Shown here piece after piece: positions 33,902 to 47,300 of a DNA stretch of 64,000 nucleotides. Numbering within the stretch: the first letter of the stretch is position 1; every line of letters begins with the position of its first letter. The notes beneath the pieces are model-generated. The model saw only the letters and a program-made list of their open reading frames with translations, made no database searches and was not told the origin of the DNA. Source of the stretch: Trypethelium eluteriae. Its lineage: Eukaryota. The translations under genes and the position numbers were made by a program. Location of the stretch: contig JAVECL010000054.1 of assembly GCA_051942245.1 (NCBI GenBank), positions 1-64,000 of the forward strand, written 5' to 3'.

Positions 33902-36507
33902 ATGGCTCATTCTTGTTTTGCTGTGCTGTTCGCTCTTGTCGCAGTCCGACTTGTTAGTGGGCAAAACAATTCCACTTATCGCGATGGAGCGACTTGTGAG
34001 TTCAATGTACATACTTTACCTAATCATCTAACAAACACCAGTGGTCCAACCTACATACCAGCCCCTCACCTTGGGCTCTGTGAAGCCGCTAGGATGGTTC
34101 AAGGATCAGCTCGAGCTCGAGGCGGCCGGACTAGGGGGCAATATGTTCGATTTCTATCGTTTCGTCCACGACTCGAGATGGATTGGTGGCTCCACTGAGT
34201 ATTCCGCTCTCGACGAGGCGTCACCTTACTGGTTCAATGGAATGGTCCCGCTTGCTTTTGGTCTGGGCGACGAGAACATTCAAAGTCAGGTCAAGTACTA
34301 TTTAGATTATGTCCTCGATCATCAGCAAGATGACGGATGGCTTGGATTTGAGACGACAGAGGCTACTAGAGGTCTGTGGGCGCGATGCCTGCTACTCCTT
34401 GGTCTGATCGTACGTACTTTTCCTCTATCAATTGTCCGGCCAACTGTACTTCCCCACTTGATGCAAAGCTAGTCTTGAAGCTTGGAAACCTCTCTCGTTT
34501 TTTCTAGTCCCCTCTTGTACTTTTTCGTTTCAATTTCTTCAACCTAGAGCAAGCTAAGAAGACCTACGACCTTCATCCTATACACTGTGGCAAGACGCGC
34601 AAATAATCTGAGTCTTTAATTGCAGCCTTTGGAATTGGCCAATTTTTTTTAGAGTGGTTGATTCTATCTCCTTAGTTGGAAAAGATGGAGTGAATTTTGA
34701 GAAGAGAGCCCACATCTAACCACCTAGCAGCAATATGCCGAAGCCGATCCCTCGCAGACAGAAAGGATAGTCGATGCAATGCATCGCTACGTCGTTCTGG
34801 CCCACAGCATGCTGCAGAATAATTATACTGGGTTGATTGTGCATGGCAACGATACCTTTGATACGGCAGGTTTTGGAGTTGGCAGAACCCATGAAATGCA
34901 TATACCTCTGCAATGGCTTTACGAAAAATACCCTAGAAACAACTCTCAAATTATTTGGGAAACTATGGAACTCATGATTGACGGCGGTGTTTCCTGGGGA
35001 GCAGATTGGCGAACCTTTTGGGTCGAAGGGGTCTATCCGCCCGTCTTGTATGACACGACGCCCTACGACTTGAGCTGGGTATTTATCCACGGTGTCAACA
35101 TGGCTGAAGGTAAATCTCGCTGCTATCCTCAATGAAGAGTTCTTTACTTAAATTGCAAAGGCCTCCGTTATCCGTTGTCAATATACCGAATGACAAGCCA
35201 AGAAGCCCTCAGGGAGCAAACTCGAACGGCAGTAGACCTCTTGGCCAAATACCACAGATCGCTTGCTGGAACAATCATCGCCGACGAATATATCTCAGAT
35301 CTCAATCCCAGCCGTGGTGCCGAGTTGTGTATCGCTGCAGAAGTGATGTTTTCCTCAGCCTACATTTATCAATACCTTGGCGACAATGATATAGCCGACT
35401 GGGCGGAGCAGACAGCATTCAATGCACTTCCTGTTTCTGTGGCAGCAGATTGGTGGTCACATCAATATGTACAGCAAGAGAACCAGGTACGTGGCCCGGA
35501 GTTTGAATCCTTCACTTCTGACTGCTCCTTCAGCCGTGGTCTAGAAATTTGAGCTCGACCGGTTTTTGGTCCGATGTTGATTCTTACGCGAATGTTTTCG
35601 GTCTCGAACCCAACTACGTACGTTAATGACCTTAGACTATGATTTTATTGCTGACTGAATCAAGCCATGCTGTACGGTCAATCATCCGCAGGGTTACCCC
35701 AAATTTCTCGCCAACTCGTTCGTTTCTACGGGAGATGGAGGACTTGCGCATGTATTCCTCATTCCAGCCACTATGACGACCACTTTAGATGGCGAAAACG
35801 CAGTTTCTGTCTCCGCAGATACAAATTATCCTTTCTCTCAAACCATTAAATACAACATCTCCGCCACCTCTCCCTTCGACTTCTACGTTCGCATTCCGAC
35901 CTGGGCCGGAACCAATAGCACCATTAGGGGCAATGGAAATACCACTGCAACGACAGTCTCCCCTTCCTCGCAGGGCCTGCAAAAGATTGAAGTACCAAGT
36001 GGCCAGGCCACGACTTTCACCTTAGACTTGGAGGCTTCACCACGAGTTGTTACCCGCGCAAACAACACTGCGGCCATCTACTACGGGTCTCTACTGTACG
36101 CCCTTGCCATTGAATACGAATCTAGCTCCAGGGCACCGATAAATTACCATACGGAAGATGTGTTGCCTGCCAATACCACCGACTCTCATACGCATGACTT
36201 TTCACTAACGCCGACGAGCCCATGGAATATTGCCATCGATCCGACCCAGATCAAAGTCGTGCGTACAAATACCACATCCTCATCTAGCCTTCCAAACCCT
36301 ATTTGGGATCTAGGTGCGCCACCTGCCGAGCTCAGAGTAGCTGCTGTGGAGATCGACTGGCCGGTCGCTTTCGACACTGCAGCTGACCCGCCCGCCAATC
36401 CTGCTGCAACAGGGAATCCTTTTAGTGCGCGTTTTGTTCCGTACGCGAGTGCTAAGCTACACATGGCACATCTGCCGGTACTTCAACTGTCAACTGTTGA
36501 TCTTTAA
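33902..36507 (+). CDS. Secreted GH127/GH146-like (DUF1680, beta-L-arabinofuranosidase-like) glycoside hydrolase, multi-exon
   Basis: Signal peptide MAHSCFAVLFALVAVRLVSG. Motifs LGSVKPLGW, PYWFNG, HGVNMAEG, AELC, EPNY|PCCTVNHPQG, TNYPF, VRIPTWA and PYASAKL. Includes a ~320 nt intron at 34410-34730. Confidence 0.8.
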
Positions 36508-38282
36508 GGAGCTCGTGTGCGCTAGAGAGTGTCACAAGAGTAGCATCATACAAAGCAAGCGAATACAGTTCAATATATGTAGTGGCGTAAGAAGACCACC
36601 ACTATGACTTTGATTCTCTTTAATGTAATATGTCTATCGATTTATCTCCGCTTCACATATAGGCAGAACAGAAGATCTTTGAACCGACACTTCAGCGTTT
36701 GGCAGGTCAAGCTTTTTCTTAAACCGTCACGACATTGATAAGCACCCACCAGGGAGTACAATGCAAATTTCGCGGTTACAATATTTGTGGCGATGATATC
36801 TGACATCCCATGCTCCTGTGAATCCCGTGTCCCCTCAACAACTTCTTTCCTGAATTTAAGGGTAAGAGCTCATTACGATATTGAGAAAGAATCGGTAGGA
36901 AGCCTTTCGAATATCCCTTCCTAGCTTTATTCAGGTTTGGAAGGTCCTCAGCAAAGTGTTAAGTCTATTTCCATCGGACGAGAACCATGCTCGCAGCGTG
37001 AGGTCTGGATATTTCGCACTTTCTGGCTGGCGTGCATAGGATTGAATAGATTCAGGATGAGGTATGTGTAAATCGTGAAACTGCAATTAATCCGTTAGCT
37101 CAAGTCTACCTACTCTTTGGGATTCAGACTTACTTTGGGGTCTGATGAGATGACCGTATTTGCTAACCTTTGAACGTTCTTCCCGTAGAAGATTCGGATT
37201 AGAACTGCTGACTCTCATTTGCGGCTTTGAACAAGCGCGAAGTGATATTTGAAGACTTGGATCGCTTCCATATGTTCGAGGAGGTGTCAATCGCTTACCA
37301 TTCTTCTCACGCAACTAGACCCTTTTGCAGTATATATCGAGAATGTTGTGGCATGCAAAGTCAGGAAAGATCTGAGAGAGAAACTTGCTCGATGCTTTGT
37401 TGTGGTCAAGGATTGAACCAGAGGATGCATCCATATCATCATGCTTTGGCGGCCTATATAGGACGCATAGGACGTATAGGGCCTGTTCAGCCCCTTGCCA
37501 GCCGTGTGGCGTCGGTAATGGTTCAAGCTCGTCTTCATTGTGACGGCGAAGTTATGCTAAGAATGCTCGAAAAGGTGGGGTTACGAGCTCAGACGTTGGC
37601 TCTGGTGGCGAGCATTCCCAAAAAAAAAATCCTGGGAAGTCGAAGAAGTCGTACTGACACTGTTCGTACGATTGCGCGGGACAGCGTATGTCTCACGTCT
37701 GCAACACAGTAGGATAGAACAGAATGTGGTTGTATCAAGGTTGTTGTGCTGAACGAGATCTGGTTCGGAAGCTTGGGCCTACGATACGGGACGGAACCCA
37801 CCCCACCTCCACTGGTGCTGGACCTCGTCACCTCGTCACTTACCTTAGCACCTTAGGGTGTTAGTCTGGTTGAGGTCGTTCGGGAAAAACAGTCGTGGTG
37901 TTGAACAGACAGCCACTCTGCCACGTGCACATTTCTTTCTCGTGAAACCGAGTGTAAATTGGCCTTCTGGCTCTGGTCGAGCATTTGCATTGCGGTTGGC
38001 TGGAGCTAACAAAGGTACTCTAGTCCTTTGATTGGCGACCATTGCAGAGTGTAAATGGCTTCCCCAGACTGTCCACCGGTCGAGCCTCGGCACCAGGCCA
38101 ACGCCAAGTGGGGGCAGATGCAACAATACTTGAGGAAGAGGTGAATATGGACAGTCGTACGCGAGCCTCATATCTGAGCTCCTGCGTCCTCAGCTCCACT
38201 GTTTTGGCAGAGCGAAATGCCGTAATGGAGTCTTTTTCTTGGAACACTTTCAATTGACCATCTTGTCAAGCCCATCACTATC

Positions 38283-38331
38283 AAAAATAAAGAAAAAAGA
38301 GAAGAAGAGAAGAGAAGAGAAAAGAGAAAGA
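38283..38331 (+). repeat. Purine tract / imperfect (GAAGA)n microsatellite directly upstream of the transporter ATG
   Basis: AAAAATAAAGAAAAAAGAGAAGAAGAGAAGAGAAGAGAAAAGAGAAAGA. Confidence 0.7.
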
Positions 38332-38338
38332 AGTAGCA

Positions 38339-40530
38339 ATGTCAGAAGAACTGCAAAATCGCGAGTCTGGAACTTTCCCGCAAAGGCTTGAGCGAGAAGT
38401 CTGGGCCCCTCTAAGGAATCTGTTCCGCCGTACTGGAGGTAGCTCTGCCGCTCAGGCAACTGCACATACTGAAGAGTCCTCAGGAGCCATGGATGCCGAA
38501 TCGAGCACTCGGCGATTGCCTTCTCAAGAACCAGACGATCCTGGAAAGGACCCTGTTGAGAGACGTGAAGTCATTGATGGAGCTCTGCGAGACGCTGTAG
38601 CTCTGATCCAAGATGCCTTAGTTCATATCCAAGATGCGGTGACCCATATACAGAATGTCGTAGAGGGCAGGGATCATAAGACGCCATCCGAAGTAGAGAA
38701 GGCAGTTCGCGTGGATACGAACGACTCTTTGGCCGCTATTAGGGCGGTATCAAGAGTACCGGGTAATAACACGTACTATGAGAAGGGCGGCTTGAGAACG
38801 ATGGGCGATGGTCAGGATCATATTGTGGAAGAGCCTGTAAGATTCTTTTCGTTCTAAACTTTAAATCTGAACGAACCCTGCTGACAACTCCAAGATGACA
38901 ATGAGGAAATTCATGATATTTGTTGCCATGGGTTTCCTTTGGACGGGATCCCAGATTCCCCTTTACTTGTTTGGAGGTATCATCCCCAATATTGAAGCAT
39001 CCATCGGTGGCGCGGACCGCTATGTCTGGATTGCTCTAGGTAATTTAATCCCACTCGCGACTGTAACGCCCTTCGTAGGCCCCCTGTCAGATGTCTTTGG
39101 CCGCCGCCAAATTGCCATGTTCGCCTCGCTCTGTGGAATCGTTGGATCAACCGTTTGTGCCTGTGCAAATAGCATGAATATGTTCATCGGTGGTCAGACT
39201 CTCATCGGCGTTGGTTCGGGGATTGGAGAGCTTACAGCTTCTGGCTGTAGCTGGCGAATCTGCACCCACAAAGAAGCGTGGCATTTACATCGGCGGAATA
39301 ATTCTTACCATTATTCCTTATTGTCCATCCGTTCTTTACGCCCAACTCATCAGTGTATATGCATCATGGCGCTTTATTGGGCTTTGGACAGGCCTCTGGA
39401 ACCTAGTTGGCCTTGTCCTAATAGCAATCTTCTACTGGCCTCCTCCACGACCAAACGCAGGAGGCCTTACACGCTGGCAAATCGCCAAACGGCTCGACTA
39501 TGTAGGGGGCTTCTTGTCAGCTGCTGGCCTCACCCTCTTTCTCGCAGGCCTCACCTGGGCAGGGAATCAGTACACATGGAACGATAACCACGTGAAGGTG
39601 AACATTGCCCTCGGTGCCGTCCTGATTGTCCTGTTCTTCGTCTGGGAGATTTTCTTTGTGCCCTATCCAATGTTCCCAGCACGTCTCAAGCAGAATCCGC
39701 GAGCATTGTACGTTGTCTGTTTCATCACGTTCGTCTCTGGTGCCAGTTTCTTCGCCGTCCTCGTCTTCTGGCCAACCCAGTACTATGCAACCTATACGGG
39801 CGACACGCCGTTCCCCTCACCTGTGACCGTTGGCCTTGGCTCGCTCCCTGTGGGATTCTGCATCATTGGTGGCAGCATCATCTTCTCCATTGCGGTCACG
39901 ATACTCAAGGGCAAGGTCCGGCTCCTCATGGTAATTGCGTGTGTGATCATGACAGCAGGGAACGGCAGCATGGCTGCCGCGAACCTCGACAACTTGCCGG
40001 GCGTTTACGCAGCCGTGATGTTCGCATGCCTTGGCGTTGGTGCCGTCATCGTGCCGCTTCAGATCATAAGTACCATCATCTGCCCTGATGATCTGATCGC
40101 GACTGTCACTGCACTGACCATCTCCGTTCGTATCGTCGGTGGCGTGATTGGCTACGCCGCCTACTACCACATCCTTCGCACTGAGTTCCTCAAGGCGATC
40201 TTCGTGTATTTGGCTCCCGTCGTAATAGGATCAGGTGTCCTTGATCCTATCGAGTTCGGCGAGATTGCAATCAACCTGTCTGGAAATCTGAGGTCCACAA
40301 TCCCCCAATTTCCCGCGATCGATACACCGGAGAAGGTGGCGGCTGTGATCCATGCAGGTCGGCAATGCTTCAGTACAGCGTACCATGGGGTATATTATGT
40401 CAGTATTGCCTTTGGAGGCGCTGCTATTCTCGCAGCGTGTTTTTTACCAGATATCACTAAATTGATGGACAATCATATCGCTGTACAGTACAGGACCGAG
40501 AGAAGCGCGACTGAATCAGGAGATAGCTAG
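38339..40530 (+). CDS. MFS drug/toxin efflux transporter (TRI12-like), with a +1 frameshift near 39240
   Basis: Exon 38339-38836, intron 38837-38894. Motifs FLWTGSQIPLY, GPLSDVFGRR, FYWPPPR, LDYVGG and PMFPARL. Removing one T from GCTTCTG at ~39240 restores ELTALAVAGESAPTKKRG. Confidence 0.85.
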
Positions 40531-41305
40531 GCAGAGGTCGCCTCGAACTGTCATGGGGGAAGCGAATCGGAAGCTGTCAAAGTCGGAGAATGAAGATAGG
40601 ACTAGATGAGAAGTATCTATATGAGTGTACAGCTCGCATGTGTACACATACGTCTGAATCCGAGTGTCTGCATACTATCTGCCTCACCCAAAGCATTGTC
40701 GTTGGGCAGGCTGGAAGGACATGTTAACCTTGCGCTTTCTGAATCGAGAATTGAACATCTTGTTAAGCGTTTCGTACTATCGATAAAAATTAAGACCTCT
40801 GGATTGAATGGAGTCATTCACACCTTAAAGACGTCAGAGCCTAATGGGTGTGGCTGCTAGCGGTATCGTAGAGACGCTCGCCGAAGACCCAACGGACTTT
40901 GGCATGAAGATCTCATATGTCATTGCCAATGCGCCGAAACGGCACAGTGTAGACTGGGGGATGCTACAGAAACTAATCTGATCTGTCGTATCACCAAGCG
41001 TTCCTAGACGCCAACTCTTGTTGCACCAGCGAGGCTTGCAGTAGGAAAGTTACTTAAAGCCCGAAAATGGTTAAATCTAAATTATATGAGATCGGCAATA
41101 GATCGTTCCCAGAGCATTCGTATACCAATAAATATTTACACTGGGCTAAGCGCGATTGCGAGGAGTGCGGGGGGCTAGAATTCTGAGTTTAGGAAGAGAA
41201 GAGCGAAACTCCTGATGGAATGGCTAATCGCAGAATTAAGTTCTCTAAACTATCAGCTTTTCCATAGCTCTATTCTAATGTATTCTATTCTAATTAAGGA
41301 AGCAT

Positions 41306-44300
41306 TTAGACATAGCTATGAAGGAACTCATATCCTTTGAGAATTGCTTTCCAGCACTTGCCATCCGGATCCCGATATAAATCGAACAAATGAGGGACGT
41401 CGTCGACAACACTCGATCCACACTCGACTCCCTTCTTCTTCAATGCTTCGTATGTGCCTTGCATCTCCTCTAAAGGAACGAGATCGTCTGCCGTACTGTG
41501 TATGAGGTAGGTTGGCGTGCGATAGTTCCCGCGTTCAATCTGGGAGCGGGGGCTGATCTCAATGATCTTGTCGCGCGGAGGCTGTTCTAATTGCAAGTAG
41601 CGGTCGGCTTCCTTCTCGCTTGTCCGACTCTTGGGGGGTAGGCCATCCATGAGAATGGGAAGAGCCTGGCCTTTGCAGTTCATATGCAAAACGAGCCGAC
41701 TTCGCGGGTCTGACATATCGCACCATCCTCCAATAGCAGCATTTTGAGGGGGAACATTGTATGCGGTAATCTGTGTAAAATGAGCTTTTAATTTCCCGTG
41801 CAGTGATTTGATTGAACCTACCGGTTTCTCTTGGATTCCTTCCAATAGCTCGTAATGCGATGGGAATGCATCCCGAGAATGTTCGGGAAAGTTTGGCAAA
41901 CGCCAGACTGTCATATTAGAACGAGACTTTTCTAAACCAAGAGAAGACTTACAATCGTCCTCGTAGCTACTTGGACAGTAGAATGCTAGGGTAGCCGTTG
42001 GTGGTTTAATACCCCGTTTGAGGGTGTTGAAGCCTAGACTAAGTGCCAAGGTACCGCCAGTGGACCATCCTATCACAACTATCTTCTCGGCATCCTGCCG
42101 CAAGCCCTCGACTCCGAGGTCCACTGTCGATAACGACGTGCGTACCCATTCGAGCGCATCGCACACGTCACGCATCGGTCCATCAATGATATCGACTTCG
42201 GGACAAAGCCTGTAGTCGATGCTAATGGGGAGAAACCCATTTTTGAGAAGCAATTGCGTTTGGCGAGGGCGGACGTCCTTGCGGGAGAGCATTACATGAC
42301 CTCCTCCGTGGATCATCAAGGCTATAAACGCAGTGAGCGAGTTACAACTTGAGGATGCAGACTGGATTTACCAATCGGACGCTTGTAATCGGTCATCTCA
42401 TTGGAGTCTGGCAAATATATATCGGCATAGAGAGACAGTCCATCCACCTCTTTGAAGCAAGTCGTCAGCATACGATCACCCGGCCGACGCCTCTCACCTG
42501 GACCGAGGTCCTTGAAGGCCGGACGGCTATATGTCGGAGCATCAGCTTTCCTGTTATCGACATTTCTAAGGGGAGCTGTGCTTACGATGTATGTGTATTT
42601 GGTGGGTCCTGTACTTGGCATTGTTGATTTTCTTGTGTTCGGTCCTTTCCCATGACCGACTCGCAAAGGCCACCAAATGTCTCTTCCAGGAGGGAGTGTG
42701 CATTCAAGCTGACATTGAAATTTTTGTCAACCATAGATGCCAACTCGACACTCAGCAGCGAGTCGAAGCCGATGTCTTCGAGTCTGATTTCTGGCGTAAG
42801 CCCATCCGACTGTTCAGCAAGCTCCGAAACGATTTCTACCAGCTTCCGCAACTCGTCATGGGTACCAACTGAGGAGTACTCCTCTGGTGTTGTTGCTGAG
42901 TTAGATATCGGAGAACTAGAGTCGTCTCCTGACGAGAGGAGTGGCGTTGCTAAGGTCTCGGTTGTGGATCTTGATATATCCATTGCGGGGCTTTCAAAAT
43001 AGTTCGTCAAGTCTCCGACCCTATCGATGTTCGAGAACTCTTCCGGTTGAACATCGCTTTGGAAAGCTTTGTTTAGCGTTTGGAGAACCTCGATGCTCAT
43101 CAGTGAATCCACGCCGAGATCGTCGAGCAGGGACTCTTCCTTGATAGACTCGACAGTGATATCCGTCATCTGACTCAGTAAAGTTGCAATCCGCTGGAAA
43201 GTATCGGATGCTTTGTCTTTTTTGAGCCGTTCGAGTTTGGTTGATATATCGTTGGGAGCAGCAGCAGCAAAGTCTTGTTTGGCCACACCTTTGACTGTAG
43301 CGTTTGAAGCAATAGCTGACAGAGAAGATCGCCCAGTGTTATCAGCTTTCGGTATCTTATTAGCGCCGGCGAAGGCCTTCTTGAGCGATGCCTTTGGGAT
43401 CTTATTGAAGTATACTCCAAAAAACATCATCGACAATTTTCCATTACTGAAGACAAAGATATCGTTGATGTAGGCCTTTGGCCCACTTGGGCGGGAGAGA
43501 CACAAGACCATTTCAGCAGAGTGCTCGTGTGTCTGATTGCGTCTGCTTTGGAAGTGCTCAGTGGCCTGGATCCGATCGATTTGGCCGCAAATGAAGACAT
43601 GGTCAGAAGGGCAGTTCTCTAGCAAGTTGGCCTTGATACCGGCCACCTGAACAAAATTATCAAGTCGAATCGCGTCGAAAGTACCCTCATCAACTTTTGA
43701 CGGCGAAGGAAGTGAAATTTGAGCCGCCGTCAGGTTCCCTTTAGAGCAGACGGACTGCACGCCACGGAAATAGTCTGCATAGTTCACCGCTCGGCTGAAG
43801 AGCTTGTACACCATGTCTCCCTGTATGCCGGTCGCTTTCTCATCAGCCAGCATTTGCCTCGCAGTATCGATATTCATGAGCATCTCGTAACGCGCGATCT
43901 CGTCCCGAAGGTTTCTGTCGATGCTATTGACGTATTTGAAAACACCAGAGATGTGCTTCGTGTCCTTATCGGAGAGACTGGTAAACACGAAATTCCAAGC
44001 ATTTTCTTGTGACACTGCATTGGGGGTCATTATCAACGTAATCTGTCTTTCGGGATCCATTCCTAGTGGCGCAGTCATGGCCATGTTCTCGACCGTGAAG
44101 ACTGATGAGAAGGGATCTAGCTGGTTCAGCATGCTGACTGCACGTCGGACGATTTCAATGTATAAGTCTGCTGGACAGAGAGGGCTATCGAGAACAGCGT
44201 GACCTGAGAGGAGCTTCTTGAATTCTTCGCTTCGCGGATCGACTTTGAAATGGATACTCTCACCATCCTGTTTGTGTATTGTTACAAGCTCGTGGCAGAC

Positions 44301-47300
44301 CTCTTCTTTGGAAGCCTCTGCGGGTGCAGCTACTGCTGTCTCTGGCTCTTTCCATTCGAGCCAGTGTCTCGTCCTCTCGAATTGATACGGTGGAAGAAGC
44401 AAGGGTGCAAAACTCTTGCGTTGAGATCGGTCAAAAGCCCAGAAACGAAGCTTCTGCCCAGCCTTCCACAGGCCAACAGTCGTATCAGCCAGGCTATCCA
44501 CACTGTCTCCTCCCGTGAGCTTGACGCCGTGGAAGCTGTTATTTGCAACTGCGTCCTTGCTCAAAGCGGCTTTTACCATGCCGACAACCCCAGAATCGCC
44601 ACCTGCTTCAAGCCAGGTACAATCTCCTAATTTTTGAGCAAGTCGTTGGATTGCAGCGCCAAAGTACACCGGCTTTCGCGTGTGGTCAATGATGTCTTGG
44701 GATGTCGCTGCAGCCTTGCCAGGATGAAGCGTGCAGGGCTCGATCGCAATGACCGACTCATTTGATCTCAACTGCTTCGCCAGGTCTCCAAGATGTGGGA
44801 GTAGGTCTTCCGTGAACCGTGAGTGGAAGCCATGAGTAACCTGGAGACGGCGGTAGCGGATCTTTCCTAAGGAGCCGCCCTCTAGGAGTTCTTGCGTTTG
44901 ACTGATCGACACCTCATCGCCAACGAGTACATGGCTGGTTGGGCCATTATAGCAAGCAACCTCTGCATGATGATCCGATTGCTTCAGCGTCCGCAAAATG
45001 GAATCCACAAGAGGATAATCTGCTTGCAGCGATACCATGGAACCGCGCTCGGGACCCCATCGCTCCTGCATTAGCCGGGCTCGTCCCGCAACAAGCTGGA
45101 TGACGTCATGGAGCGACAGGACGCCGGAGATGGCCAGCGCCCCAAAATGCCCAAAACTGTGGCCAACTACTGCATCAACTTGCAGGCCACAATCCATCCA
45201 TGTTTTAGCTGATGCGTACTGGATAGCGAAGAAGATGCAGTGAAGGCGGATAATGTCATCCACAGGTTCCGTTTGGAAGATGGCCGGAAAGATACCAGGG
45301 AGGCCTTGCACTTTCACCGCATCGTTGACAATGTCCAGATACTGGCGGAACAGGGGAGCGTTATCGTACACGCTGCGATTCAAACCAACTACGTTCCTGG
45401 TCTGGCCGCCAAATACAAGGACGACTGGCTTCGCGGCTTCTGAGCAGTTCGCAGACGCATTGTCCAAGACTTCCGCCAGCTCAGGAAGTGACGATGCCGT
45501 AGTCGCAAAGGCTTGCTCTGGGAACTGTTCTTTTTTGTCCGCTAGGTTGAACGCAAGATCCGCTAGCATCTTTTCCGTGGTAACCGATGAAGCCAGCTCA
45601 GTCGCATGGCCGCGTAGACGCTGGCCGTAGTATTCGAGACTCGCTCTAGATTTCGCAGATATTAGGAACGGGATCTTATTCAAGGTATGCCTCGCGTTTT
45701 GCGATGTTTGTACTGGTGGTTGGCAGATCAATGCAGCTCCATTACTGCCAGCAGCCCCATAGTTGTTGACCAGAGCTGCGCGGAAACTCTCCTTCCATGG
45801 TACAGAGCTCTTCGGTATTGTAAGCTCCTTCGGCAAGGAAATCTTGGGGTTCAAGACGTCGTGGCTGGCCAGGGGAGGAATCATTTGATGTTGAATCATC
45901 AGTACTGACTTTATGATAGAGGCGACACCGGAAGCAGCTTCACAATGTCCAATATTGCCTTTGACGGATCCTACGTGAACTGCACCGTTCCGATGATCCC
46001 CAACTAGTACATTGCTAATGCTATTGATCTCCACTGGATCACCCGCCTGTGTCCCAGTTCCGTGTGCTTCGACAAACGATATGGCCTCCCTATCGAAACG
46101 TGTTTGATCGATCAGACTGCCGTACAGTGCAGATTGAGATGGTCCATGTGGAACCGTAATGTAGGTCTCGTTCTTGCACTGCGATACAGCTGTGCCTGGG
46201 ATCACCGAAAGTATAGGGTCACCATCCGCAAGAGCATCCGACAGTTTCTTCAAGAAGATCAAGCCGACACCCTCGCCGCGACAGTAACCATCGGCCTTTG
46301 CATCGAACGGCTTCGTGGCACCAGTCGGGCTCAGAAAATTGGCCGCTCGTAGATTTTCCCAAAGGTACGGGCTCGACATGGCATTAACGCCACCCGCTAA
46401 AGCAGCCGACACTTGGCCATGCTGTATGGCTTTGCATGCGGCATCGATGGCGACCATGGACGCGCTACAGGCTGTATCGAATGACATTGATGGCCCAGTC
46501 CAGCCGAATTGGTAACTCAGACGTCCACTCAAGAAAGCCCGTAGCTCACCGAGCGCTGAAAAGGCCGACGTCTTCTGGGAAGCAATATTGTCGTGATAAT
46601 CTTGCGTCGCGACTCCAATATAACAACCGATATCCTCTGGTGGCGTGGGATCGCCGAAGTACCCCGAGGATTCGACTGCTTGATATGCGGCCTCGAGTAA
46701 CATTCTTTGCTGCGGATCCATGGCCGCTGCCTCGCGTGACGATTTCTTGAAGAACCGATGATCAAAGCAATCCACATCATGCACGAAGTTTCCCCACCAT
46801 GGCGCGTCATCTGGGCTACGTCTCAACCCTTTGCGCCCCCAGCGGCTTTCAGGTAATGGCTCTACCATTGAGCGGCCTTCTTTGATTACTTCCCAAAAGT
46901 CGTGGACGGTGTCAGCGCCAGCGTATTTCGATGCCATGCCGACAACAGCAACGGCATGAGAAGGTATACCGTTGGAATAGTATTCTGGTACAGTCTGTTC
47001 TCTGGATGTTCCGTCGGATTTGAGGACGCTGGTTTGTGGCTGGTGCGCAATGGATGAAGGAACTGCTTTGGTAATTCCAATGGCAAGGATGCTCTTGGCC
47101 TGTCCCTCCGGGATTTGAGCCATTGCCTTCATTAGGACAGAATACCATTTTGCCGGCTCTAACAGTGTTGATCTGACGGCGGCAGTAGAGAGACCCAAAT
47201 CTTCTATTAGGTCTCCGTCTCCATTGGCTCGTACTGGTATGATCAATGACTGGGAACCTGGAAGATTGATGGAAGGGTTGGAGTGAATGAGATTATTAAG

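Noticed and set aside
42527..42666. PKS and esterase as separate genes, or a frameshifted PKS
   Set aside because: A GTAAGC...TAG intron (42585-42527) joins them in frame.
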